From: an uncultured Verrucomicrobiae bacterium
Lineage (GTDB): Bacteria; Verrucomicrobiota; Verrucomicrobiia; Chthoniobacterales; Chthoniobacteraceae
Reading direction: 5' to 3'
NCBI GenBank assembly: GCA_963769025.1
Contig: CAVYKI010000006.1
Coordinates: 288,001-352,000, forward strand
DNA: 64,000 nt
This document shows, one piece after another, positions 33,166 to 43,074 of this stretch. The stretch's first letter is position 1. Each line of letters starts with the position of its first letter. The notes under the pieces are model-generated. The model was given only the letters and a program-made list of their open reading frames with translations, did not search any database and was not told the origin of the DNA. The translations under genes and the position numbers were made by a program.

Positions 33166-33204
33166 ACCCTGCCCGGTGATCCCGGGCAGGGTTTTCGTTT
33201 TTTT
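33166..33204 (+). terminator. Rho-independent terminator
   Basis: ACCCTGCCCGG-loop-CCGGGCAGGGT followed by TTTCGTTTTTTT. Confidence 0.85.
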
Positions 33205-33341
33205 AAGGCTGGGGTTTTGGGAACAGTCCGTTTGGTGTCCGCCCTTCGGCCCACGTGACGCGACTTGGGGGCAGGGGTTGCAAACGCGCGGCGGAAATCG
33301 TTTGCGCAATCCTGTGCAGTCCGCGCTACCCTCGCGTCCCC

Positions 33342-33770
33342 ATGAGATTCCCCGCATGCATTTTCACGCTCTGTCGCGTCGCCGTATGCCTGCTTGCGTC
33401 GCTCGTCGTCGTGCGGGCGGAGCCGGTGAAGAAGGCCTCGGCGGTTCCGGTGGTGAAGGAGGTCATTTATGCGCCGACGGATTTTGCGCGGCTGAAGCCG
33501 AAGGTGAACCGGCGGGTGGTGATCGAGGGGGAGATCGTCGCCACGGGCCGGAGCCGGAGCGGTGCGACGGGTTACCTGAACTTCACGAAAAACTACCGCG
33601 ACTCGGTCTCGCTCGTCTTCCTCGGCGCGTCCGTGGCGAAGGATTTCCCGGAGGAGCGGCTGAAGGGTTTCGTCGGCAAAAGGATCCGTGTCGGCGGGCT
33701 GCTCGAGGAACGCAATGGCGCTTTGCAGATGCGTGTGTTCACTCCGGAGCAGATCAAGGTGCTGCCGTGA
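33342..33770 (+). CDS. Small secreted OB-fold-like protein
   Basis: Signal peptide; VVIEGEIV...YLNF...FVGKRIRVGGLL...QI pattern typical of nucleic-acid-binding OB folds. Confidence 0.65.
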   Translation: MRFPACIFTLCRVAVCLLASLVVVRAEPVKKASAVPVVKEVIYAPTDFARLKPKVNRRVVIEGEIVATGRSRSGATGYLNFTKNYRDSVSLVFLGASVAKDFPEERLKGFVGKRIRVGGLLEERNGALQMRVFTPEQIKVLP

Positions 33771-33834
33771 ACGCCTGCGCATCCCCGGCGCCGCGCCGAC
33801 CGTTTTGAAAGCCCGCGCGCTCCATCTTTCCCCA

Positions 33835-34806
33835 ATGAAAAAACCGCTCATCCTCCTCGCCCTCCTTGCCACCCAAGCCCAGGCGTGGGATGCCGGCGGG
33901 CACATGCTCGTCGGCGAGATCGCGTGGGAGCTGTCCACTCCGGCGACGCGCAAGGCGGTGAACGAAATGGTGGCGACGCTCGACACCAAATTCAACGCGG
34001 GGCAGCCGTACAATTTCGTGACGGTGTCGTGCTGGATGGACGATCTGCGCTCGCTGCCGAGGAAGGATTATCCGTGGTCCGCGTGGCATTACGTGGACAT
34101 CGCAAAGACTGACGACGGGAAGGCATTCAAGCTGCCCGAGCCGCCGCACATCGTCTGGGCGATCGGTGAGAATCTGAAGACGCTGCGCGAAAAGCGTGCG
34201 CCCGCCGACGAGCGCGCGAAGGCGCTGGGCATGCTCTTTCACTGGATCGGCGACATCCACCAGCCGCTGCACACGACGACTTGGAACGATCGCGGCGGCA
34301 ACGGCTACCTGATCTCCGGCGTGTATTTCAGCGACCTGTTGCCCGGGATGGTCGCAAACCTGCACACGTTTTGGGACAAGGCGTACCGCTTTGACGTGCG
34401 CGACGGGATGGTGGCCGAACTGTGGGCGGTGGCGAAGCCGGGCGAACGGCCGAAGCCCGGCGAAGGGATCATCGCCGAGGAGGCGAAGGAGCTGATGAAG
34501 CGCTTCCCGCGCGCCACGCTCACGGAACTCGCGCAGGCCGGAAACGAAACAAGCCGCCCACTTCCTTCAACGCCGCTGGCGGCGAATGCGGAGGCTTGGG
34601 CGAGGGAGAGCCACGTCATCGGCTGCAAGAGCGCGTATCCGCCGGGACCGCATCCGGAGAACACCGGGGCGCCGCGGATTTCGCCGGAATTTGCACACGC
34701 CGCGTACGAGATTGCGGGCCGACGGGTGGCGATCGCGGGCTACCGGCTGGCCGTTGTGCTGAACGGGCTTTTCGACGGCAAAAAGCAGGGTGCCGTTGGA
34801 GACTAA
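33835..34806 (+). CDS. S1/P1 nuclease (secreted)
   Basis: AQA|WDAGGH mature N-terminus, WMDD, WHYVD, HWIGDIHQPLH, DRGGN, NLHTFWD, AGYRLA. Confidence 0.93.
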   Translation: MKKPLILLALLATQAQAWDAGGHMLVGEIAWELSTPATRKAVNEMVATLDTKFNAGQPYNFVTVSCWMDDLRSLPRKDYPWSAWHYVDIAKTDDGKAFKLPEPPHIVWAIGENLKTLREKRAPADERAKALGMLFHWIGDIHQPLHTTTWNDRGGNGYLISGVYFSDLLPGMVANLHTFWDKAYRFDVRDGMVAELWAVAKPGERPKPGEGIIAEEAKELMKRFPRATLTELAQAGNETSRPLPSTPLAANAEAWARESHVIGCKSAYPPGPHPENTGAPRISPEFAHAAYEIAGRRVAIAGYRLAVVLNGLFDGKKQGAVGD

Positions 34807-34842
34807 GCGCGCCATCTTACCGCGGTAATTCTGCCGAGCACC

Positions 34843-37800
34843 ATGTTCGCCCGATTCCTCATCCTGTCTGCGGTCAGCGGAAGCCTCGCATTTGCCGGGG
34901 AGATTGATTTCAGCCGGGACATCCAGCCGATCCTCTCGGAGAACTGCTACCACTGCCACGGGCCGGATGTGAATGCGCGCAAGGCGGAGCTGCGGCTGGA
35001 CACGAGGGAAGGTGCGATGCGGAGCGAGGACGGTGTGACGGTGGTGAAGCCGGGGGACAGCAAGGGCAGCGAGCTGATCGCGCGCATTTTCACAACGGAT
35101 GAGGATGACGTGATGCCGCCGCCAAAATCCAACCGCGTGCTGACGCCTGCGCAGAAGGAATTGCTGCGCCGGTGGGTGGACGAGGGGGCGAAGTGGGGTG
35201 AGCACTGGGCGTTCGTGGCGCCGAAGCGGCCGGCGGTGCCGGGGAATGGGGAGTGGGGAGCGCGGATTGCGGATTGGGAAACGCGCGAGCCGGCGCTCGG
35301 TGCGGGCCTGAGCGCACGGCAGACGGCGCTCGAAAAATGGGGGAAGAATCCGATCGACCGTTTCATTCTGGACCGGCTGCTCGCCGAAGGACTCGCGCCT
35401 TCGCCGGAAGCGCCGAGGGAAAAGCTGCTGCGCCGTGTGACGCTTCGACCTCACCGGGCTGCCGCCGACGCCGGAGGAGCTGGACGCCTTTCTCGCGGAC
35501 CAAGTCGCCGGATGCGTACGAGCGCGCGGTGGATCGGCTGCTCGCGTCGCCGCGCTACGGCGAGCGGATGGTGTGGGAATGGCTGGAGGCGGCGCGCTAC
35601 GCGGACACGAACGGCTACCAGGGCGACCCGACGCGCCCGATGTGGTACTGGCGCGACTGGGCGATCGGGGCGTTCAACGCGAACATGCCGTTCGACCAGT
35701 TCACCATCGAGCAGATCGCGGGCGACCTGCTGCCGGAGCCGAAGCACGAGCAGCTCGTGGCGACGGGCTTTCACCGCAACCACATGATCAACGGCGAGGG
35801 CGGGCGCATCGCGGAGGAGTCGCGCGTGGACTACGTGCAGGATCGCGTGGAGACGACCGGCACGGTGTGGCTGGGGCTCACGTTCAACTGCTGCCGCTGC
35901 CACGACCACAAGTTCGATCCGTTCTCGCAGCGCGAGTACTACCAGCTCTCCGCGTATTTCAACTCGATCGACGAAACCGGCGCGAACGACGCGGGCGGGC
36001 TGGCGAAGCCGATCATCAGCTTCGCCTCGGACGAGCAGCAGAGGAAGGTGGCGGAACTGGAGCAGAAGGAAAAGGATGCGGCGAAGGAGCGGGCGATCAT
36101 CGAGAAGCGCGTGCGCTCGGAACAGTCGGCGCTGGAAAAGACGCTGCTCGCGGGCACCGGCTCCGGCGCGCTGCCCGAGGTGAAATGGCAGCCGCTCACG
36201 CCGGACGAAATTTACAGCGCAAACGGCTCGGTGCTGACGAAGCTGGAAGACGGTTCCATTCGCGCCAGCGGACCAAGCCCGAAGACTGACGATTACAACG
36301 TGACGATCCACACGACGCTGGGCGGCATCACCGCGTTCAAGCTGGAGGCGCTGCCGGATGATTCGCTGATCAACAAGGGGCCGGGGCGATCGGACAACGG
36401 CAACTTTGTGCTGACCGAGGTGTCGCTGCAGGACGGCGGCGCGCCGGTCGTGCTGCGCGGCGTGAGCGTGGATTTCGCGCAGGGCGGCTTTTCCGCCGAG
36501 GGGCCATTTGACGGGAGCAAGAAGGGCTGGGCGATCATGCCGCAGTTCGGAAAGGCGCACGCGCTCGTCTTCGCGACCGACAAGCCGCTGCCGAGCGGCG
36601 GCGAACGTGCGCTTGGGTTCCGGTTTTCGTTTCAATTCGGGCGCGAGCACACGCTCGGGCGTTTCCGGCTTTCCGCGACGACGGACAATCCCGCGCTGCT
36701 GCGTCCCGTGCCGGATTCGATCCGCCGCATCGCCGCGAAAGCTCCTGCCGAGCGCAGCGCGAAGGAACTCGCGGAACTCACCGCGTTCCAGAGCGACACG
36801 AATCCGGAATTGAGCGCGGCGACGAAGGCGGTGGATCGTGCGAAGAAGGCGCGGGCTGATTTTGAAAAGACGCTACCGCGCACGATGGTCATGCGCGAGC
36901 GCCCGCAGCCGCGCGACACGTTCATCCTCGTGAAGGGCGCCTACAATCAGTTCGCGGACAAGGTGGAGCACGGCGTCCCGGCGAAACTGCCTCCGCTGCC
37001 CGCCGACGCTCCGAAGAGCAGGCTCGCGCTCGCGCGCTGGCTCGTCGCGCCGGAGAATCCGCTCACCGCGCGCGTCACGGTGAACCGGCTGTGGCAGCAG
37101 TTTTTTGGCACGGGCATCGTGAAGACGGCGGACAATTTCGGCGTGCAGAGCGATGCGCCGTCGCATCCCGCGCTGCTCGACTGGCTCGCGGTCGAGTTCC
37201 GTGAGAGCGGGTGGGATGTGAAGCACATGGTCCGGCTTTTCGTCACGAGCGCGACCTACCGGCAGAGCTCACGTGTCGCGCCGGGAATGGCGGAGCGCGA
37301 CCCGGAAAACAGGCTGCTCGCGCGAGGTCCGCGCGGCCGGCTGCCGAGTTGGATGCTGCGCGATGAGGCGCTCGCCGTGTCGGGATTGCTCGTGGAAAAG
37401 ACGGGTGGGCCGCCGGTGAAATCCTACCAGCCGCCGGGAGTGTGGGAGGAGGCGACCTTCGGGAAAATCGGCTTCACGCAGGACCACGGCGACGCGCTTT
37501 ATCGCCGGAGCCTCTACATTTTCTGGCGGCGCATCGTCGCACCCACGATGTTCTTCGACGTGGCGAACCGGCAGAATTGCACGGTGAAAACCGGACGTAC
37601 GAATACGCCGCTGCACGCGCTGATCACGATGAATGACATCACGTTCGTCGAGGCCGCGCGCGCGCTCGCGCAGCGCACGCTGCTCGCGCCGGGCGATGAC
37701 GCCTCGCGCATCGCCTCGATGTTCCGCCGCTGCACCGCACGGCTGCCCACCGTGGAGGAGAGTCGCGTGCTGGGTGAGCGGCTCCGCATTTTGCGCGAGA

Positions 37801-37949
37801 CGTACCGGCAGGAGGCGGACGCCGCAGAGAAGTTGCTCGCCGTCGGCGAGAGCAAGCCGGACGCGTCGCTGGCTGCTGCCGAGCTCGCGGCGTGGACGGG
37901 CCTCGCCACCGTCGCGCTGAATCTCGACGAAACGCTGAGCAACGAATGA
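34843..37949 (+). CDS. Planctomycete-type cytochrome c + DUF1549 + DUF1553 protein (indels near 35445-35500)
   Basis: IDFSRDIQPILSENCYHCHGPD, HWAF, YGERM..WLEAARYADTNG, CCRCHDHKFDP, NPLTARVTVNRLWQQFFG, TNTPLHAL. Confidence 0.92.
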
Positions 37950-38680
37950 ACGGCGGGGCGCGCGGTTTAGTGGCGAGGCGAATCCCGGCGTGGACATCCG
38001 CCGTCGCGCTGATTCTCAATGCGCTCCCATTGATGAACGGAACAGACGCCACCGCACAGCCCGCCGGGCCGGATCGTGTCGCGGCGGCGCGGCAGCGATG
38101 CGGGGAGGCGCTGCGCGCCACGTTTGAAAAGGCGGGCGTGCGCTGGCCTGCGGACGAGGTTTTCCTGCGGGCGATGAAGCGCGAGGGCGAACTGGAACTG
38201 TGGGCGAGGAACGGGGCGGGGGAGGCGTTCGTCCTCGTGAAGAGCCTGCGCATCACCGCGCAGTCCGGCGGCCCCGGGCCGAAACGGCGCGAGGGCGACA
38301 TGCAGGTGCCCGAGGGATTTTACGAGGTGGATCGGTTCAATCCACGCAGCAACTTTCACCTCTCGCTCGGCATCAATTACCCGAACGCGAGCGACCGGCT
38401 CCGCGGCGATCCGGTCAGGCCGGGCTTCGACATTTTCATCCACGGCGGAAATGTAAGCATCGGGTGCCTCGCGCTTGGCGATCCCGGCATCGAGCAGGTG
38501 TACCTCGCGGCGCTCGACAGCCGTGCGCGTCCGGTCCGCGTGCAAATTTTCCCCGCGCGGATGGATTCCGGGGACTGGCCTTCGTGGCGCGATGCGCAAC
38601 TGTCGGCGCATCCCGAGTTTCGCGAGCTTTGGGATGAACTCGCCGGGGCGTGGGCCCGCTTCCAGCGTGAGCGTCGCTGA
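37946..38680 (+). CDS. YkuD-family L,D-transpeptidase/amidase (YafK/DpaA-like)
   Basis: GPKRREGDMQVPEGFY, FHLSLGINYPN, IFIHGGNVSIGC. Confidence 0.88.
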   Translation: MNGGARGLVARRIPAWTSAVALILNALPLMNGTDATAQPAGPDRVAAARQRCGEALRATFEKAGVRWPADEVFLRAMKREGELELWARNGAGEAFVLVKSLRITAQSGGPGPKRREGDMQVPEGFYEVDRFNPRSNFHLSLGINYPNASDRLRGDPVRPGFDIFIHGGNVSIGCLALGDPGIEQVYLAALDSRARPVRVQIFPARMDSGDWPSWRDAQLSAHPEFRELWDELAGAWARFQRERR

Positions 38681-38773
38681 TTTCTGGAAACCTCGCGTTT
38701 GGGACGGCGCGAGAAGGCATTTGCTAGGCGCGGAGGATTCCGCTACCGTGTCTCCCCGCTTCAAGAACCACCT

Positions 38774-41245
38774 ATGCGCCGTACGCTCGCCATCGTTTTA
38801 TTCATCGCCGGAATTTCCTTCGCATCGCTCCCCGTTGGCGCGCAAGGAATCGAGGCTGCACAACAGCAGTTTGTTGAAGCTTTTCTCAGTGTGCGCAAGG
38901 GCGAGGATCAGGAAAAGGCGGGCGATTTGAAGGCCGCGCTGGCGACTTTCCGCACCGCGGCGGCGACGCTGGCGAGAATCAAGCAGGACTACCCGAGTTG
39001 GCAGGCGGACCTGCTGGATTTCCGGCTCAAGCGCACGATGGAAGCGCTCGATCGCGTGCAGGGGAAAATGGGCGGCGGTGTGGGCACCGCGATGAAACCG
39101 GGTGCGAATGATCCCGGATTGCTGCCCCCGCTGATTCCCGAGGATCCCTTGGACCCCGGAGCGAGTGCGCCTTTGCCGCCGATTCCGAAAGGCAAGGGAG
39201 TGAGGCCCGCTCCTCCCATCGATGACTCGGATCCGCTCGCCGGGGTGAAGCAGCGGCTTGCAGCCTTGGAATCGCAACTGAACGACGCCAACGATCGCCT
39301 GCGCGAGGAGCAGGAGAGGAACGCGAAGCTCACGAAGGACATGACCGACGCGATCGATTCCCGGGCGAAAGCCGAGGAAGCCCGCAAGAAGGCGCTGAGC
39401 CTCTCGGAAGTATACCAGAAGAGCTTCCTGGAGCTGAAGGCGAAGGGCGACGCGAACGGCGAACGCGCGAAGGAACTCGAGGCGAAGCTGGCGGATGCAA
39501 ACCGCACGGCGCTGGACACCCAGGCCGACCTGGCCGCGGCGGAAGAGCGCATCAGCCAGTTGCTCGGGCGCTCGCGTGCGATGCAGGCGAAGGCCGCGGA
39601 GGCCGGCACGCTGCCGGCGCAGGTGAAGACTCTCCAGGCGAAGCTGGATGCCGAGCAGAAGGCGACCGCCGAGCAGGCCGAGGGGGCGAAGAAGCGGGAG
39701 GCGGACTTGAAGGGCCAGATCGCGGCACTCAACAAGGAGCGGATCGACACCGGAAAGATGCCGGCCGATTTGAAGGCATTGCAGGCGAAACTCGAAGCCG
39801 AGCAAAAGGCGACCGCGAGCGAAGCCGCGAAGGCGAAGCAGCGTGAGGAGGACCTGAAGGGGCAGATCGCCTCGCTCACCAAGGAGCGGAACGACGCCCG
39901 CGAGGAGCTTGTCCGCCTGCGCGAGCTGAACAAGCAGACCGACAAGCTGATGGCGGACAACGCGAGCCTCCTGAAAAAGCTCGGCGATGCCGAAAAGCAG
40001 ATCCTCACTTTCAAGTCCACCGGCGGCTCGCGCGACACGGAGCTCGCGGCATTGCGGAAGCAGGTCACGGACACGCAGAAGGCGCTCACTTCGTCGGACG
40101 AGAAGAACTCCACGCTGCAGCTGGAAATCGGCGAACTGCAGAAGAAGGTGGGCGACTACTCGAAGCAGATTGCGCAGTTCAAGGCCGACAAGACGGCGAG
40201 CCTTGAGGAGCGCAAAAAGATGGAGGCCGAAAACGGGCTCCTCCAGGGAATCGTCATGCGGGTGCTGCAGGAGGACGCGAACCGTGCGCAGCGGAAAAAG
40301 ATGATCCAGAGCGAAATCGGCAAGCTGCACATCCAGTCCGACGCGCTGCTGAAGCAGATCAACTATCTCACGGAGCCGACGATCAAGCTCACCACCGCGG
40401 AGCGGAAGCTTTTCAAGAAGCCGGTCTTTGACGTGCAGGATCCGAACGCGCTCGTGGCCGTGAAGACGGACGTGCCGCCGGGCACCGAACCGCCCGCGAC
40501 GGCACCGGAGGTGACACCCGCGCCGACACCGCCGACGGCGCCCGCCGAAACGGCGAAGAGCGACGCGCCGCCCGTCCTGAAGTCGAAGGTGGGCGATGAT
40601 TTGCCGGTGAAGGATCCGGTCGATTCGAAACGCCCTGAGGTCGGAGCGACTCCGGCCGTCACGAGCACTTCGGGCGCAAAGCTCCCGGCGGAGGTGAAGC
40701 CGCTCGCCGAGCAGGCGAAGCAGGCCTTTGAACGCGAGAAATTCTCGGATTCCGAGAAGCTCTACGACAAGGCGCTCCAGATGGCGCCCAACAATGTCTA
40801 TCTCCTCTCAAACCGCGCGGTCGTGCAGTTCCGCATGGGCAAGTTCAAGCAGGCCGAGGAGAGCTTCAAGAAGGCGCTGTCCATCGCGCCGGAGGACGCC
40901 TTTTGCTGGTCCACGATCGGCATCGTCTATTACAGCGAGGAAAAATACGACGAGGCGGTGAACGCGCTGACCAAGTCGCTGGCCATCAATCCGAGGAACC
41001 CGACGGCGCACAATTATCTCGGCATCACCGCCGCGCAGAAAGGCTGGCTGGAGGCCGCGCAGAAGGAACTCGAGAGCGCGATCCAACTCGACCCGAAATA
41101 CGCCGACGCGTGGTTCAACCTCGCCGTCACGCACACGCTCAAGACCCCGCCGGACAAGGAAGAGGCTGCGAAGGCCTACAAGAAGGCCGTCGAGCTTGGC
41201 GCCGAGCACGACCCGGCGATGGAAGCGCTGGTCACCAACAAGTAG
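38774..41245 (+). CDS. Secreted long coiled-coil protein with C-terminal TPR repeats
   Basis: Signal peptide, extended heptad region, about five TPR units (ALQMAPNN, ALSIAPED, SLAINPRN, AIQLDPKY). Confidence 0.85.
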   Translation: MRRTLAIVLFIAGISFASLPVGAQGIEAAQQQFVEAFLSVRKGEDQEKAGDLKAALATFRTAAATLARIKQDYPSWQADLLDFRLKRTMEALDRVQGKMGGGVGTAMKPGANDPGLLPPLIPEDPLDPGASAPLPPIPKGKGVRPAPPIDDSDPLAGVKQRLAALESQLNDANDRLREEQERNAKLTKDMTDAIDSRAKAEEARKKALSLSEVYQKSFLELKAKGDANGERAKELEAKLADANRTALDTQADLAAAEERISQLLGRSRAMQAKAAEAGTLPAQVKTLQAKLDAEQKATAEQAEGAKKREADLKGQIAALNKERIDTGKMPADLKALQAKLEAEQKATASEAAKAKQREEDLKGQIASLTKERNDAREELVRLRELNKQTDKLMADNASLLKKLGDAEKQILTFKSTGGSRDTELAALRKQVTDTQKALTSSDEKNSTLQLEIGELQKKVGDYSKQIAQFKADKTASLEERKKMEAENGLLQGIVMRVLQEDANRAQRKKMIQSEIGKLHIQSDALLKQINYLTEPTIKLTTAERKLFKKPVFDVQDPNALVAVKTDVPPGTEPPATAPEVTPAPTPPTAPAETAKSDAPPVLKSKVGDDLPVKDPVDSKRPEVGATPAVTSTSGAKLPAEVKPLAEQAKQAFEREKFSDSEKLYDKALQMAPNNVYLLSNRAVVQFRMGKFKQAEESFKKALSIAPEDAFCWSTIGIVYYSEEKYDEAVNALTKSLAINPRNPTAHNYLGITAAQKGWLEAAQKELESAIQLDPKYADAWFNLAVTHTLKTPPDKEEAAKAYKKAVELGAEHDPAMEALVTNK

Positions 41246-41278
41246 GCCGGCCGGCTTTTTTGCCGGCGCGACGGCGCG

Positions 41279-42163
41279 CTATTTCCGCGGGACTTCGCGC
41301 CCGAGGCGTTTGAGGACGGCAATCATGTCTTCCCAGACGAGGCGCTTGTTTGCAACTTGCTCGCTCGTCGGGCGGATGAGGAAAGACGGATGAAACGTCG
41401 GCATCACCGGGATGCCGTGAAACTCCTGCCATGTGCCGCGCATCCGCGTGATGCCCGCCTTTGGAATGCCGAGGAGTCCCTCGACCGCCGTCGCGCCCAG
41501 CGCGACGATGACCTTTGGCTGGATGATCTCGATCTGCTGGAGCAGGTAGGGCTTGCAGACATCCATCTCCTCGTGGGTCGGCTTGCGGTTTCCGGATTCG
41601 CCGGGCGGCGTGTTCGGACGGCACTTGAGGACGTTCGCGATGTAAACATCCGACCTGCGAAATCCCATGGCATCGATGATTTTGGTGAGCAATTGCCCGG
41701 CCCTGCCGACGAAGGGCTCGCCGACGAGATCCTCGTCCGCGCCCGGCGCTTCGCCGACGAACATCAGTTCCGCATCGGGATTTCCGACGCCGAAGACGAC
41801 TTGGGTCCGTGATTCCACGAGGTGCGGGCATTTGGTGCAGGCGAGCACCGGGCCGCGGAGGGCGGCCAGCTTCGCGGCTTTTTCAGCGCTGCTGTGCGGA
41901 GTTTTCGCGGGCGATGCCTGTGGTCGCGGACGTTCGTCGGTGGCTGGCTTGGCGAGTTGGACTGCAGCCGAGAGCTTCCCCTGCTTCTCGGCCGGAGTGG
42001 AATTCGCGGGCGCTTCGTCGCTCCGCGGCGCCGCGGTTGTCTGCTTGGCGGGGGCCGAGCTGCGGAGGCGGTTGCAGGAATCGAGCGACGCGCGCAGGCG
42101 GGTGCCGTTCGCCTGCATCTGTTTCAGCGCGTTTAAAACGAGATCGGTGGGTTGGTCGCTCAT
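41279..42163 (-). CDS. udg: Uracil-DNA glycosylase family 4
   Basis: CTKCPHL, VVFGVGN, MFVGEAPG, PFVGRAGQLL, NVLKCRP, TFHPSF. Confidence 0.93.
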   Translation of the reverse strand: MSDQPTDLVLNALKQMQANGTRLRASLDSCNRLRSSAPAKQTTAAPRSDEAPANSTPAEKQGKLSAAVQLAKPATDERPRPQASPAKTPHSSAEKAAKLAALRGPVLACTKCPHLVESRTQVVFGVGNPDAELMFVGEAPGADEDLVGEPFVGRAGQLLTKIIDAMGFRRSDVYIANVLKCRPNTPPGESGNRKPTHEEMDVCKPYLLQQIEIIQPKVIVALGATAVEGLLGIPKAGITRMRGTWQEFHGIPVMPTFHPSFLIRPTSEQVANKRLVWEDMIAVLKRLGREVPRK

Positions 42164-43074
42164 CGGAGATCCGCCGGCACTCCGGCGGCGATGAAATCGG
42201 GCGGTATCGGTGCGATGAAGTCGAGGGGATTTCCCGTGCGCGGGTGGGCAAAGCCGAGCTTCCACGCATGGAGCATCTGCCGCTCAAATCCCGCGCGCTT
42301 GCCGTACACTTCGTCGCCGACCACGGGATGGCCGAGGTGCTTGAGGTGGACGCGAATCTGGTGCGTGCGGCCTGTGTGCAGCGTGCACTGCACGAGCGTC
42401 CCGCACGGGAGCGAGGCGAGCACGAGCCAGTCGGTCATGGCGTCGCGCCCGCCGCCGCGAAGGAGCACACCCATCTTTTGCCGGTACACAGGATGGCGTC
42501 CGAGGGGGACGTTGATGGTGCCCTTTGCTTTCTTCAAAGTGCCCGTCGCAATCGCGAGGTAGATTTTCCGCACTTCGCGTCCGGCGAACTGCTCGGTGAG
42601 CGACTGGTGCGCGAGGTCGTTCTTCGCCGCGACGAGACAGCCGCTCGTCTCCTTGTCGAGCCGGTGCACGATGCCCGGGCGTTCGACGCCGCCGATGCCG
42701 CTGAGCTCCGTGCAGTGGTGCAGGAGTGCGTTCACCAGCGTGCCGCCTGCGTGCCCCGGCGCGGGATGCACGACGAGCCCCGCGGGCTTGTTGATGACGA
42801 TGAGATCGTCGTCCTCGTACAGGATTTCGAGCGCGATGTCCTCGGGCAGATTTTCTGAGGAGACCGCGGCCGGCACGGTGAGGACGATGCGCTCGCCGCC
42901 GCGGATCTTGCACGAGCGCAGCTTGGGCTGTTCATCCACGAAGACGTGACCTTCCTCCATGAGCGCCTGGATGCGCGAACGAGACAGATCGCCGATGCGC
43001 GCCGCGAGAAATTGATCCAGCCGCGTGCCCGCATCGACGGGCTCCGCAAGGAATTCGAACCGGTTTTCGATCAC
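42160..43074 (-). CDS. rluD: RluA-family 23S rRNA pseudouridine synthase (RluD-like)
   Basis: S4 domain RLDQFLA, NKPAGLVVHP, RPGIVHRLDKETSG, TGRTHQIRVH. Confidence 0.92.
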   Translation of the reverse strand: MIENRFEFLAEPVDAGTRLDQFLAARIGDLSRSRIQALMEEGHVFVDEQPKLRSCKIRGGERIVLTVPAAVSSENLPEDIALEILYEDDDLIVINKPAGLVVHPAPGHAGGTLVNALLHHCTELSGIGGVERPGIVHRLDKETSGCLVAAKNDLAHQSLTEQFAGREVRKIYLAIATGTLKKAKGTINVPLGRHPVYRQKMGVLLRGGGRDAMTDWLVLASLPCGTLVQCTLHTGRTHQIRVHLKHLGHPVVGDEVYGKRAGFERQMLHAWKLGFAHPRTGNPLDFIAPIPPDFIAAGVPADLR

